A DNA stretch of 64,000 nucleotides from Nitrosopumilus sp. Its GTDB lineage: Archaea; Thermoproteota; Nitrososphaeria; Nitrososphaerales; Nitrosopumilaceae. Positions 38,468 through 49,622 of the stretch are shown one piece after another. Where the stretch lies: the NCBI GenBank assembly GCA_965238275.1, contig OZ250186.1, forward strand, positions 928,001 through 992,000. Reading direction: 5' to 3'. The position numbers and the translations under genes are program-made. Each line of letters begins with the position of its first letter. Position 1 is the first letter of the stretch. A model generated the notes under the pieces. The model worked only from the letters and a program-made list of their open reading frames with translations, did no database searches and was not told where the DNA came from.

Positions 38468-39283
38468 TTATCTTGAGATGTTTGATATTATGTGGGATCC
38501 CTTGTTGTATCCCTCGTATATGTAGACCCCGACTGCCTCCACGTTGGCAGGCAACTTTGGCGCCAAGAGCCTGATTATCTCGCCTGCAAGGTTCTCCACC
38601 GTGGCCTCCCCCTCCAGGACGTACGTGGTGTTTTTTGGAACCTGCAGCCTGAACCTGCCCTTTGGGCCATCAAACTCCACCATGTGGTGTAACTCGTCCT
38701 GGGACGTGACGTATCTGCCGTTTATGAAGAATTTATGGTCAAACGTGTTGACTACCTCCTTGATGATCCTCTTTGCCTGCCCAAAATCCAAAAGAAGGTT
38801 GTCCTTCATCTGGCCTACCAGCTCCACCATTACAGAGGACGTGTGCCCGTGCAGGATGGAGCATTTTTCAACCAGTGGAAGGATGTGCGCATAGTCAAAG
38901 GAGAATGAGGCATCCTCGAGAAATATCGAGCCTGTCTGGGGCGCCTTGTCATAAAATACCATCTCCTGCAGCTCGTCTATCCGGGCCACGTGCTTTGCGC
39001 TTCCGACTGCCATTACCTTCCCTGCTGCCAGGCCCCCCTTGATCTTCTTGTACTTTTCAATCTCCTCGTCTGAGTCGATCACCTCAATGAGGCCCTTTTT
39101 TGTCCTAAAGTCGACTGTGACCTCCTCGCCGTCGTCAAGTTTAATCCGGCAGTCGTACTCGTACTCTTCTCCCAAAAAATCCAGCATCTGTGCCACTGTG
39201 AGCTCCGCCCTGGTTCTGAGAATGTTTCTCTTCCCGTCAATGTATCTGAACTCTGAATCCAGTATTGTGGGGTTTGGGGCCAT
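38468..39283 (-). CDS. 6-pyruvoyl-tetrahydropterin synthase (QueD-like) with N-terminal extension
   Basis: FDYAH...CSILHGH, DFG, FDHKF, TVENLA. Confidence 0.85.
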   Translation of the reverse strand: MAPNPTILDSEFRYIDGKRNILRTRAELTVAQMLDFLGEEYEYDCRIKLDDGEEVTVDFRTKKGLIEVIDSDEEIEKYKKIKGGLAAGKVMAVGSAKHVARIDELQEMVFYDKAPQTGSIFLEDASFSFDYAHILPLVEKCSILHGHTSSVMVELVGQMKDNLLLDFGQAKRIIKEVVNTFDHKFFINGRYVTSQDELHHMVEFDGPKGRFRLQVPKNTTYVLEGEATVENLAGEIIRLLAPKLPANVEAVGVYIYEGYNKGSHIISNISR

Positions 39284-39459
39284 GCAGAATCATCTGCCCC
39301 TGATTAATATAAATTCTGTAATGTGAGGGGAACCCACAAAAGTCCACATAGCCGACAGTTTGGGCGCGGCCCCTCATTGTGATGCCTGGCTACAGCTCCC
39401 ACTCTGCTGTCATTCTTGCGATACAGGGCATTCATACACACAGTATCTGGCGTATACTG

Positions 39460-39738
39460 TCACACCAGCGAGTCGAGAATCCTTGCAAGATCGGTATCGT
39501 TCTTGGTAATCCCCCCGGCGTCATGCGTCATCAGGTCTATCGTGATTCGGTTGTAAACGTTGAGCCACTCCGGATGGTGGTTCATCTTTTCAATCTCCAT
39601 GGCAGCCCTGGTCATGAATCCAAAGGCCCGGTTGAAGCTCTCAAACTCAAAGACTTTGTGGAGCTTTCCATCCATGACGCTCCAGCCTTCAAGACTCTTC
39701 TGCTCCTCTATAATCTCATCCGGGGTCAGCATTCTCAT
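39460..39738 (-). CDS. Pterin-4-alpha-carbinolamine dehydratase
   Basis: MNHHPEWLNVYN, THDAGGIT. Confidence 0.92.
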   Translation of the reverse strand: MRMLTPDEIIEEQKSLEGWSVMDGKLHKVFEFESFNRAFGFMTRAAMEIEKMNHHPEWLNVYNRITIDLMTHDAGGITKNDTDLARILDSLV

Positions 39739-39786
39739 ACCAGTCCGTGTGCAGAACAGTAGTTAAAGGGTTTCACCCATAATGAT

Positions 39787-40569
39787 GTGATGACTCCTGG
39801 GGATACGGATGCGCTCTTTGAGGGGATAAAAAGCGCCATAGCCAAAACCGTCAAAAGCAACAGAATCGGCATTGCATTTTCCGGCGGTGTCGACAGCACG
39901 CTAATCTCAAAGACGTGCCTGGACATGGGGTATGACGTCACGTTGCTGACAGTCGGGTTTTCAGACTCGCATGACATACTGTTTGCAAGGCAGGTCAACG
40001 AGCAGATGCGTCTTGCCCATCACGTGCTTGAAATCGATCCCGAGACATTCCCCCAAACCCTGGCGAAGATTTGCAGCATCGTAAAGACCGACAACCTGTC
40101 GTGGATTGAAAACTGTATCGCGTTTTACTACGTCTCCGTACTGGCAAGGAGCCATGGCCTTGACTTTGTGGTGACTGCAAACGGAATCGACGAGCTCTTC
40201 TGCGGCTATAACGCATACATCAAGGCAATCGAATACGGGGAACAGCGGGTAATGGATGTGATGGCCTCCAAGATAGACAACGAGCTCAAAATGATGAAGG
40301 CGGTGGATTCGGTTGCCTCCGAGCACGGCGTGACGTTCCTGCAGCCTCTGCTGTCCCCCGAGTTCATAACGCTTGCCATGTCGGTTCCCGTGTCAGAAAA
40401 GATTCATGGCCCTGATGACATGTACCGCAAGCACATCATACGCACAATAGCCCGTGCGACAGGCGTTCCTGAGATCTCCTGCTCAAAGAAAAAGAAGGCA
40501 CTCCAGTACGGCTCCAGAATCCACAAAAAACTGCTAAAGGCTAAGAAACTCTCTTTGCTGTATTCCTGA
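39787..40569 (+). CDS. Asparagine synthase C-terminal-domain protein
   Basis: AFSGGVDS, GIDELFCGY, KKALQYGS; lacks the glutaminase domain. Confidence 0.85.
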   Translation: MMTPGDTDALFEGIKSAIAKTVKSNRIGIAFSGGVDSTLISKTCLDMGYDVTLLTVGFSDSHDILFARQVNEQMRLAHHVLEIDPETFPQTLAKICSIVKTDNLSWIENCIAFYYVSVLARSHGLDFVVTANGIDELFCGYNAYIKAIEYGEQRVMDVMASKIDNELKMMKAVDSVASEHGVTFLQPLLSPEFITLAMSVPVSEKIHGPDDMYRKHIIRTIARATGVPEISCSKKKKALQYGSRIHKKLLKAKKLSLLYS

Positions 40570-41902
40570 CAAGCCTTCGCACGTTTTTGATTATTCTGAC
40601 TGACGCGCCAAGATGTCTGTCTGCCCGGAATATGGCATCAATCTCGTCATCGTCAAGCCTTGAGGAGAACGCCCTGTCGTTTCTGACTGCCTGCGCATAC
40701 TGGATCTTGCTGTCCCTTGCCTCAAAGGCGACCCTCTGAACGTCCCTGTATGCCTCAAACCTTGGAACGCCCTTTTTGATGAGCGCCTCCAAAACAAACT
40801 CGGCAAAGATCTGCCCGCCTGTCACCTCCAGGTTCCTTGCAATCCTCTCCTCGTCAACTGACAGGTTTGATATTACCCCTTCCATGGTCCTGAGCATCTC
40901 GTCTACCAGTATGGATACTGTCGGAATCACAAATCTCTCGTTGGCAGAGTTTGACAGGTCCCGTTCATGCCACAGCGGTATGTTCTCAAAAGAGACTGCG
41001 ATGTTGCTCCTCACCATTCTGGACAGCGACGAGACCCGTTCGCTCTTGATCGGGTTTCTCTTGACCGGAACCGCACTGCTTCCCATCTGGCCCTTTTTGA
41101 ACTGTTCGGCCACCTCGCCTATCTCGGTCCTCTGCAAGTTCCTTATCTCCACTGCAATCTTCTCAAGCGTCGCACCTATCAGCGCCAGCTCAAAGACATA
41201 CTCTGCATATCTCTCCCTTGGGACTATCTGGGTGGCGACATCTGCAGGATAAAGTCCGAGGCGCTGCGCCACCATCTTCTGGATATCCAGTGCGCCTGCA
41301 CCCATCAGCGAGCCTGTTCCCACAACGCCAAGGGTCTTGCAGATCAAAACCCTCTTTCTAATCTCTTCAATCCTCTCCACGTGCCTTGCCATCTCTGCGG
41401 CCCAGTTTGCAAACTTTAGGCCAAACGATATGATGCTTGCGTGCTGGCCGTGAGTCCTTCCAACGGCCGGAACCCTCGCATACCTTGTGGCCTTCTCCTC
41501 TAGGATGGTGGCCATCCCTGCCGTCTTTTTCTGGATTATTCTCAGCGTGTCCCTCATCTGCATGGAGTTGCTTGTATCCACCAGATCATTGCTTGTAAGG
41601 CCGTAGTGGATCCACGGCCTTGCATCCGCGCTGCACTTCTCGCTTAACGCCTCCACCAGCGCCGCCGTGTCATGGTCGCTTGCAGCCTCCAGCTCCTTGA
41701 TCCTTTTTGCCGTAACTCCTCCGGAGGTTGCAGCCTTGAAGATATCCTCCCCGGCACTCTCCGGAATCATTCCCATCGTACCCTGGGATATGGCAGCTGC
41801 CCCCTCTATCTCCAACTGGTATTCGATCTTTTGTTGCTCCTCAAAGATGTCTGTCATCTCCTTTGTGCCGTAGCGGCCGCTGTCGATGGGTAGTATTGCC
41901 AA
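40541..41902 (-). CDS. purB: Adenylosuccinate lyase
   Basis: HYGLTSND, GRTHGQHA, GSSAVPVKRNP, HERDLSNS. Confidence 0.96.
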   Translation of the reverse strand: MAILPIDSGRYGTKEMTDIFEEQQKIEYQLEIEGAAAISQGTMGMIPESAGEDIFKAATSGGVTAKRIKELEAASDHDTAALVEALSEKCSADARPWIHYGLTSNDLVDTSNSMQMRDTLRIIQKKTAGMATILEEKATRYARVPAVGRTHGQHASIISFGLKFANWAAEMARHVERIEEIRKRVLICKTLGVVGTGSLMGAGALDIQKMVAQRLGLYPADVATQIVPRERYAEYVFELALIGATLEKIAVEIRNLQRTEIGEVAEQFKKGQMGSSAVPVKRNPIKSERVSSLSRMVRSNIAVSFENIPLWHERDLSNSANERFVIPTVSILVDEMLRTMEGVISNLSVDEERIARNLEVTGGQIFAEFVLEALIKKGVPRFEAYRDVQRVAFEARDSKIQYAQAVRNDRAFSSRLDDDEIDAIFRADRHLGASVRIIKNVRRLVRNTAKRVS

Positions 41903-41950
41903 TGTCTACCATGCATGTGTATCTGAAATAAATCTACTCATGGCAATACG

Positions 41951-42057
41951 CCCTAGCTGTCTCCGAGGGGGTCGGGCAGGAGCCAAGTTCGGGTGGGAAG
42001 CCTGCCGGGACGTCAGAAAACGACAAAGGAATGCAGCCGCCGGGCGACTGCACTTTT
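41951..42057 (+). ncRNA. Candidate structured small RNA between purB and rtcB
   Basis: GC-rich ~105 nt with several hairpins, AT-rich box upstream and T-tract end; family not recognised. Confidence 0.35.
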
Positions 42058-42169
42058 GTATGTGATTTCCAATAACTGCCTTACCAAAGACCCGCATCTG
42101 AATAAATGACGGCATGCCCCGTTCTTCTGATGGTTTAAATTAGATTGGGCGGAAACCCTCCCAATACTT

Positions 42170-43618
42170 ATGTCTGCCACTGCTCCCAGAAGGATTGCCA
42201 ACAACCAGTACCAGATAGACGCAGACTCGAATCTTGGAATGAGGGTGCCTGTACGAATCTATGCCGACGAGACGCTTCTTGCAAAGATGCTCACCGACAG
42301 GACGATAAGGCAGGCCCGGAACGTCTCATCAATTCCGGGAATCGTGGGCTGCAGTATCGTCCTGCCTGATGGCCACGAGGGATATGGGTTTCCGGTAGGC
42401 GGGGTTGCTGCCATGGATGCCAAGGAGGGCATGATAAGTCCAGGTGGTGTCGGATACGACATCAACTGCGGCGTCCGGCTGCTACGATCCAGCCTGACAG
42501 AGAAACAGGTTCGTCCCCGGCTGAAGGATCTTGTAAATGATCTGTTTGGCTCCATTCCGTCCGGAGTGGGCTCCAAGGGCGCAGTAAAGCTGAGCTATTC
42601 TGAGCTTGACGAGGTCCTGGTGAGGGGGGTGGACTGGGCAGTTGATCACGGGTATGGCTCTTCTGATGACTCTGACGTGTGTGAGGAGAATGGCCGTATT
42701 CCAAAGGCGGATCCAAACAAGGTCTCTGAGAAGGCGCGAAAGAGAGGCGCCCCCCAGCTTGGAAGCCTGGGTTCTGGAAACCATTTTCTTGAGGTTCAGA
42801 GGGTCTCAGAGATTCACGACCGGCAGGCAGCAGAGCGGATGGGCATCAAGGAGGGGTCAGTCACGATCCTGATTCACTGCGGCTCAAGGGGGTTTGGGCA
42901 TCAGGTGTGTAGCGACTATCTTAGGATATCAGAACAGGCGATGTCAAGGTATGACATAAGGCTTCCCGACAGGGAGCTTGCATGCGTGCCAAACACGTCC
43001 GAGGAAGGCGAATCCTACAGGAGCGCAATGTTTGCAGCGTTGAACTTTGCATGGAGCAACAGGCAGATGATTACCCACTGGACTAGAAAGTCCTTCCAGC
43101 GCGTCTTTGGGCAGACCGAGTCTGATCTTGACATGGGGCTGGTTTATGACGTATCTCACAATATCGCAAAGATTGAAAAGCACAAGGTTGACGGAGTCCG
43201 GCGGGATCTCGTGGTTCACAGAAAGGGCGCGACAAGGGCATTTCCTGCAAACAGCAAGGAGATACCGTCGCGGTACCAGGACCTGGGTCAGCCTGTCCTG
43301 ATTCCGGGTTCCATGGGAACTGCAAGCTGGATTCTGCTGGGCCAGCCAGGCTCCATGAACCTGAGCTTTGGCTCTACTGCGCACGGTGCAGGAAGGATGA
43401 TGTCAAGGTCAAAGGCCCGGAGAAACTATACCGAGGACGGCGTAAAGAAGTCCCTGCGCGACAAAGGCATATTCATCAAATCCCTGACCCGGGACGGGGT
43501 CGTGGAGGAGACGCCGCAGGCATACAAGGACGTCGATGCCGTTGTTGACGTCTCCCACTCTCTGGGAATTGCCACCAAGGTTGCAAAGCTGGTGCCGATA
43601 GGTGTGATAAAGGGTTGA
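42170..43618 (+). CDS. rtcB: tRNA-splicing ligase RtcB
   Basis: PDGHEGYGFPVGG, GYDINCG, GSLGSGNHF, HRKGAT, HGAGR. Confidence 0.97.
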   Translation: MSATAPRRIANNQYQIDADSNLGMRVPVRIYADETLLAKMLTDRTIRQARNVSSIPGIVGCSIVLPDGHEGYGFPVGGVAAMDAKEGMISPGGVGYDINCGVRLLRSSLTEKQVRPRLKDLVNDLFGSIPSGVGSKGAVKLSYSELDEVLVRGVDWAVDHGYGSSDDSDVCEENGRIPKADPNKVSEKARKRGAPQLGSLGSGNHFLEVQRVSEIHDRQAAERMGIKEGSVTILIHCGSRGFGHQVCSDYLRISEQAMSRYDIRLPDRELACVPNTSEEGESYRSAMFAALNFAWSNRQMITHWTRKSFQRVFGQTESDLDMGLVYDVSHNIAKIEKHKVDGVRRDLVVHRKGATRAFPANSKEIPSRYQDLGQPVLIPGSMGTASWILLGQPGSMNLSFGSTAHGAGRMMSRSKARRNYTEDGVKKSLRDKGIFIKSLTRDGVVEETPQAYKDVDAVVDVSHSLGIATKVAKLVPIGVIKG

Positions 43619-44022
43619 GCGACGATCTGGAACTTGAAAGACTCAAGGCAAGGCGCCTGGCTGAGATGCAGCAGAACCTCCAGAGGAAGAGTGAGCAGAT
43701 CCAAAATCCGTCAGAGGGCAGCAGTCCTGCCACTACTCCGCGCGGCATCCTTGCAGGCAGGCTGGGATTCCGGGGCCTGGAGGTGCTGGAGAACGCAGAA
43801 TCCCAGTTCCCAAACGAGACTGCAATGGTCGTGGCCAAGCTCGCAGAACTGATCAAGGCCGGCGAGATCCGGGAGACGCTTGACGGGGGAAAACTTCTTG
43901 CGCTGTTCAGGGCAGTGGGACTGTACGTCAGGATGGCAACCAAGATAAACGTGGAGCAGGATGGCAAGTTTGTATCCCTCACCGAAAAACTCCAAAGACA
44001 GTCCCCCGGTGAGAAATCGTGA
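43615..44022 (+). CDS. PDCD5-like dsDNA-binding protein
   Basis: DDLELERLKARRLAEMQ N-terminus. Confidence 0.7.
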   Translation: MSDDLELERLKARRLAEMQQNLQRKSEQIQNPSEGSSPATTPRGILAGRLGFRGLEVLENAESQFPNETAMVVAKLAELIKAGEIRETLDGGKLLALFRAVGLYVRMATKINVEQDGKFVSLTEKLQRQSPGEKS

Positions 44023-44326
44023 GCGTAATACTGGAGATTGCGACAAAAAGCTACGGCGATGATCTCCTGATGATCAAAAAGGCGCTCTCGCACATGGAGA
44101 GTCTTTCAGGCCACTACAACGGATACGTTCTTGGCAGCCCGTCATCCAGGTTTGGATGGACATTCTTCAGGCTGGCATTCAAGGCAGACCTGCAAGACGG
44201 CATAGAGAAGAGATTCTCTGATATGATATCCGGGTATGGACGGGGAAACCGTCTGGAGAAGTTTGTGCAGTTTATGACTGACTATCTTAACTCTCGCGGC
44301 TGTAACGTAAAGGCAAAACTGGTAAG

Positions 44327-44330
<4 letters not shown>
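44019..44330 (+). CDS. Conserved hypothetical protein
   Basis: 103 aa, translationally coupled to the upstream gene. Confidence 0.7.
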
Positions 44331-45015
<685 letters not shown>

Positions 45016-45118
45016 TAACTACACAGATCTCAAAGGGTTTAAAATACATTGATTTTTTGTCCCCCCAAAACCTAAAATTTACAACTACACAAATATCACG
45101 TATGCGTACCCTCTGATA

Positions 45119-45436
45119 GTGGCCTCCATTATTCCAGTCGCAGTCGGGCTTGCAGCAACCGCTACAGTGTTCGGCTTTATAATGCTGCAGTCTCTCTCCC
45201 CTCTTGGCGATGCGGTCCTGTCTCCGGTAGAGCAGAAATGCCGGCAGATCGCCAACGAGGGGTACAGGATACATGCGGCCTATCCGGATTCAAGTCTTGA
45301 TGCGATTCCAGAAGAGGATGTGCAGAAAATGAACAGACTTGACGAGAGGTGGATCAACGAATGTGTATCTGTCCTGCCTGCAGCCACCGTCATTGAGATA
45401 GTGGATGACGTGGAACGCAAGAACTTTGGCGAATGA
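45119..45436 (+). CDS. Membrane-anchored hypothetical protein
   Basis: N-terminal TM helix, two Cys. Confidence 0.65.
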   Translation: MASIIPVAVGLAATATVFGFIMLQSLSPLGDAVLSPVEQKCRQIANEGYRIHAAYPDSSLDAIPEEDVQKMNRLDERWINECVSVLPAATVIEIVDDVERKNFGE

Positions 45437-46390
45437 TTACCCAAAGTGATCCCATCCTGAATCCTTCAGACGGCTCATACCCTTGCCACGACTCACAAAT
45501 ACGCCATCCCCGTCTGCAACATGCCCGATCTGGATGACGGGCGTCTTGTACCGTGTAGCATTGCCCATGATCGCCTCCCTGTGGTTCTGGGGTGCGGTAA
45601 ACACAAACTCGTACTCCTCGCCTCCCTCAAAGACCAGCGTATCCGGGTCAAGCCCCAGAGATTTTGCGTGCTTTTGCAGATCACTTGCTGCCGGGGTATT
45701 GTCGATGACAAACCTTTTCCTGCTCTGCCTTGACATCTCGTTTAGTGTTGCAGCCAGCCCGTCGCTGGAGTCCATTGATGATGAAAAATACCTGCCACTT
45801 TCCAGCCCAAAGTCGAGCCTGGGCTCCGGTCGTGCAAATGCCCGCATGGCCCTTCTTACGAATGCACGTCCTCCCCCCCCCTCTTTCTCCCCTCCAAGGA
45901 ACATCCTCAGTCCTGCAGGCGCATACCCAAACGGGCCCGTTACAAATATCAGATCACCTGTCCTGGCCCCGTCCCTGCTGATGACGCGGCTTGCGCTGCC
46001 AAAGAGGCATACTGTGAACACCATCTCCATTCCACCATTGGTGTCCCCGCCAAGAATCGATATCCCGTATTCGTCGCACGCCTTTCTCAAACCTGTCCCA
46101 ATCCTGGCAACCTCCCGGGACGAGACAGTCTTTGGCATGTTGACTGAGATTATTCCGTATCTCGGCCTTACGCCCTTTGCGGCAAAATCACTCACACAGG
46201 CCACCACGCTCTTTCTTGCCGCATCAGCAAGGCTCATCCCTGGGGGAATGTCCGTGCTTTGTACCATGGTGTCCGTGCTTGCAACAACTGTGACGCCCTC
46301 CAAACCAAACACCTCTACATCCTCCGGTACAAAACCGTCATTGCCGAGTCTTTTCTGAATGATTCTGATTATCGCAGACTCATCTGGCAT
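45437..46390 (-). CDS. thiL: Thiamine-monophosphate kinase
   Basis: SDFAAKG, GGDT, MDSSDGL, GGEEYE. Confidence 0.92.
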   Translation of the reverse strand: MPDESAIIRIIQKRLGNDGFVPEDVEVFGLEGVTVVASTDTMVQSTDIPPGMSLADAARKSVVACVSDFAAKGVRPRYGIISVNMPKTVSSREVARIGTGLRKACDEYGISILGGDTNGGMEMVFTVCLFGSASRVISRDGARTGDLIFVTGPFGYAPAGLRMFLGGEKEGGGGRAFVRRAMRAFARPEPRLDFGLESGRYFSSSMDSSDGLAATLNEMSRQSRKRFVIDNTPAASDLQKHAKSLGLDPDTLVFEGGEEYEFVFTAPQNHREAIMGNATRYKTPVIQIGHVADGDGVFVSRGKGMSRLKDSGWDHFG

Positions 46391-47669
46391 TGTCGCACCC
46401 CTCTTTTACCCGACGTCTCATCTCGTTGATAATCCTTTTGCACCGTTCATCGCTGTCCGACTCTGCTGAGATCCTGATGGCGTCCTCCGTGTTGGATTTT
46501 CTTACAAGCACCCAGCTCTTCTCGTCAATTATCCCCTTGATTCCGTCCTGCATGTCAGTCTCAGAATACTCTGCTGGAAGCATCGCCTCCAGGCCCCCGA
46601 TGACACTGTCATGAATCTCCGATGGAACCGCTACCTTTTCCCTCATCTGGCTGTATCCTTCCATGAAACCCAAGACCTCGTCAAACCCCGAATCCCCAAG
46701 CATGGATGATATCAGGCCGCCGGCAAGCATTCCGTCCCGGCAGTAATTGAACTCCGGCAGGATGAAGCCGCCGCTGCTTCCCTCCCCTCCTGCCTGTGCC
46801 TTGCATTCCAGCATGCGCTCCACCACGTTTGCCTCCCCTACCTTGGATCTGAGAACCGTGCCACCCCGCTCCCTGATGAGCTTCTCAACTGATACGCTTG
46901 TATCCACACTCAGGACAAACCTCCTGTATCCCATCCCCAGGGACCGTGCCACCCCGAGCCCAAGTGTTACATCAGGGGTCTGTTTCCTTCCGTCCCTTAC
47001 TACGACCAGCCTGTCGCCGTCCAGATCAAATGCAAATCCTGTTCTGCCCCCGGCAGTAGCCGATACCAGTCCTGACAGATCATCTGACGTGGGATCCGGT
47101 CCCCTCGATGCTGCGCCCTCCTCGTTTATGACATGCACGGAACACCCTATCCTCCTTAGAAGATCCGGCGCAACCCATCTGGCAGCACCGCCGCCTACGT
47201 CCACTACCACCTCTGGACGGGCTCCAACCTCCCCTATGAGCCCTGCAGCATCACTGGCATAAGACGACGCGATGTCCCGCTCGACTCCGATCCTGGTTGC
47301 CTGCACCTCCTGGTGTTTGATTATCTGCGGCAGCTCCTGCTCGTTTATTCCTCTCCCGTTTATGATGAACTTGATTCCGTTCCACTCCAGGGGATTGTGT
47401 GATGACGAGATTACCAGCCCGGCTGATCCCCTTGCCTCCCTGAACACCACCGGGGTTGGAGCCATCCCAAGACTGTGCACGTCAATCCCGTTTGCCATCA
47501 GTGCCGCACCTGCCGCATCCATCATCATGCGGCCTGACTGCCTCGTGTCCCTGCCAATAACGCACTTTGTCCCAATCATCGATGAAAAGTTGTTGCAAAA
47601 CTCCAATACGTGCCTGAGGGTCAGATCCGCCCCAAAGATTCCCCTGATTCCAGATATCGTCTTCTTCAA
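46380..47669 (-). CDS. Phosphomannomutase/phosphoglucosamine mutase family
   Basis: SGIRG, SSHNP, FDLDGDR, GGEGS. Confidence 0.9.
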   Translation of the reverse strand: MKKTISGIRGIFGADLTLRHVLEFCNNFSSMIGTKCVIGRDTRQSGRMMMDAAGAALMANGIDVHSLGMAPTPVVFREARGSAGLVISSSHNPLEWNGIKFIINGRGINEQELPQIIKHQEVQATRIGVERDIASSYASDAAGLIGEVGARPEVVVDVGGGAARWVAPDLLRRIGCSVHVINEEGAASRGPDPTSDDLSGLVSATAGGRTGFAFDLDGDRLVVVRDGRKQTPDVTLGLGVARSLGMGYRRFVLSVDTSVSVEKLIRERGGTVLRSKVGEANVVERMLECKAQAGGEGSSGGFILPEFNYCRDGMLAGGLISSMLGDSGFDEVLGFMEGYSQMREKVAVPSEIHDSVIGGLEAMLPAEYSETDMQDGIKGIIDEKSWVLVRKSNTEDAIRISAESDSDERCKRIINEMRRRVKEGCDNAR

Positions 47670-47722
47670 TCAAACCAATTCGGAAAGACTTTTTATTAAC
47701 TCTGATGAATTCATCCAATCGT

Positions 47723-47796
47723 GCCTTGGTAGCTCAGCCTGGTAGAGCGAACGCCTCGTAAGCGTTAGGTCGCGGGTTCAGATCCCGTCCGAGGCT
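47723..47796 (+). tRNA. tRNA-Thr(CGT)
   Basis: Cloverleaf GCCTTGG...CCGAGGC, anticodon arm AACGC-CTCGTAA-GCGTT. Confidence 0.92.
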
Positions 47797-48161
47797 TTCT
47801 TCTGTATTCGGATGTCCGTCTTTGTGCATGTCACACCCGGCGGTGCAGATTGATGCGTTTCCGTCCGATCCGGACAGAATGCATGTTGGAGACGAGATTT
47901 TTTTTTGTGAACGTTCCACGCATGAGCATGGCGGTTCGCGCCTTGGAATTCTGTTCAGGGTCATTGCATTGTGTGAAACGTGGCAGCTCTTAAATCGCCA
48001 CGAGTCGATTCACATGACGTCGGCGTCAAACACGCTTGACAGTCATGAAATGAAGAAGACAGGCCGGTAAGATCGACATGTCTTTGACAGGATAGGTTAC
48101 GTTACCGTAATGCTATCCTCCGTACATGGCATTACCTGGCGGTGGCAAAAAAAGCGTCATG

Positions 48162-49199
48162 CTATCCTCTTCTCGTGGCAGCTGACTTGCCTAACCGCCT
48201 CCAGATGAGGAAGGCACCTCCACCACCACCACCAAATACGGTGCCCACGATCACGGATGTGGTAATGAGGTCGTTGATGTAGGAATGTCCAAATATGTAG
48301 TCCTTGTCAGTCACGCTCGAGACGTCCCACCCGGAGATGTCGCCGTTGAAGGCGGATGCGTCAAACATCCCACTCATTCTAGTCACGCTCGAGACGTCCC
48401 ACCCGGAGATGTCGCCGTTGAAGGCAGCGTTGGCAAACATCGCACTCGTGTCAGTCACACCGGATACGTCCCACCCGGAGATGTCGCCGTTGAAGGCAGC
48501 GTTGGCAAACATCGCACTCGTGTCAGTCACACCGGATACGTCCCACCCGGAGATGTCGCCGTTGAAGGCGTCGGCATTGTAGAACATGCGACCCATGTCA
48601 GTCACACCGGATACGTCCCACCCGGAGATGTCGCCGTTGAAGGCGTCGGCATTGGTAAACATCCTATTCATGCTGGTTACTCTGGAGAGATCTGGAGCAT
48701 CGGTTGCCTTGTATTCCATATTTTTTGCACCGAGAAACGCTTCAGCCATAGTAGACCATTGTATATCGCCCCACTGGTCAATTGATTTGAGTCGTTCAGG
48801 GGTAACACTGAAAGGAAGATCGCAGCAATGTGGAAAAGCGATGCCTCCCAAGGCACCCGAGATGGCGACAGTATGGGTCCCGACTGTACTATACCGATGC
48901 GTCTGAGGGCCGCCGTTGCCAGTGACGGTTTCGGTGGCGCCGTCTCCCCAGTCTATGATGGCCGTTCCGCCAGATACCACAAACATGATGAATTTGATCT
49001 CTTGATTTGCCGAGGTCGTCTCCCATGTGGTGATAAAGGGTAAATCAATCTGGGCACTGGCGCTCTTGATTTCGCCAAACGGGAATATAAGGACAGACTC
49101 TGAAAGGCTGCCGTCTGCATCGAGTTGATCATAAAGGAGCAACGGAGATGCGGATAAAACAACAATGACTGTCAACGCGGTACATGCTGTTCGCGGCAT
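48162..49199 (-). CDS. BspA-type (DUF285) leucine-rich-repeat surface protein
   Basis: Five FNGDISGWDVSxVT repeats (72-75 bp), IDWGDG PKD-like motif, SIDQWG, signal peptide and C-terminal TM anchor. Confidence 0.9.
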   Translation of the reverse strand: MPRTACTALTVIVVLSASPLLLYDQLDADGSLSESVLIFPFGEIKSASAQIDLPFITTWETTSANQEIKFIMFVVSGGTAIIDWGDGATETVTGNGGPQTHRYSTVGTHTVAISGALGGIAFPHCCDLPFSVTPERLKSIDQWGDIQWSTMAEAFLGAKNMEYKATDAPDLSRVTSMNRMFTNADAFNGDISGWDVSGVTDMGRMFYNADAFNGDISGWDVSGVTDTSAMFANAAFNGDISGWDVSGVTDTSAMFANAAFNGDISGWDVSSVTRMSGMFDASAFNGDISGWDVSSVTDKDYIFGHSYINDLITTSVIVGTVFGGGGGGAFLIWRRLGKSAATRRG

Positions 49200-49622
49200 T
49201 TCAATCCTCTTGGTTCTGCCCAGGGATGATACGGGCATCATTAATGCAAGCAGCATCTTCAGGCTGGAAAATCGGAAGTTTTGCAGTGCAAAGACTAGAA
49301 ACATCCAGAGACGGGAATTTTTCATCATATTTTAAATCGAGTGTAAAACGCACCTGACAGGTTGATTCTGGGAAGATCCACCAACAAATATCCATCCGCA
49401 TGTACATCTATAAGCATTCCATTATGCTCATGTGCAAAACGTTTGCAGAAAAATCCCATGAATAGTGCATGCTTGCCGGGAGTTATTGGGCATTATCTGA
49501 ATTAATCATGACTGCCTGCTGAATCCAATTATGTGTTCTGATACTATTTTTAAAAGCATTTTTCGCACATTTATTATACCCATACCGGCAAGATGCAAAA
49601 CCTCTAAAACTCCCCAAAACCA

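Noticed and set aside
45483-46358. Long antisense ORFs (also opposite aconitase, purA, pheT, valS)
   Set aside because: Shadow frames of well-supported genes in GC-rich coding DNA
48310-48650. 72-75-bp repeats as an array or DGR template
   Set aside because: They are the coding BspA/DUF285 repeats; no reverse transcriptase nearby
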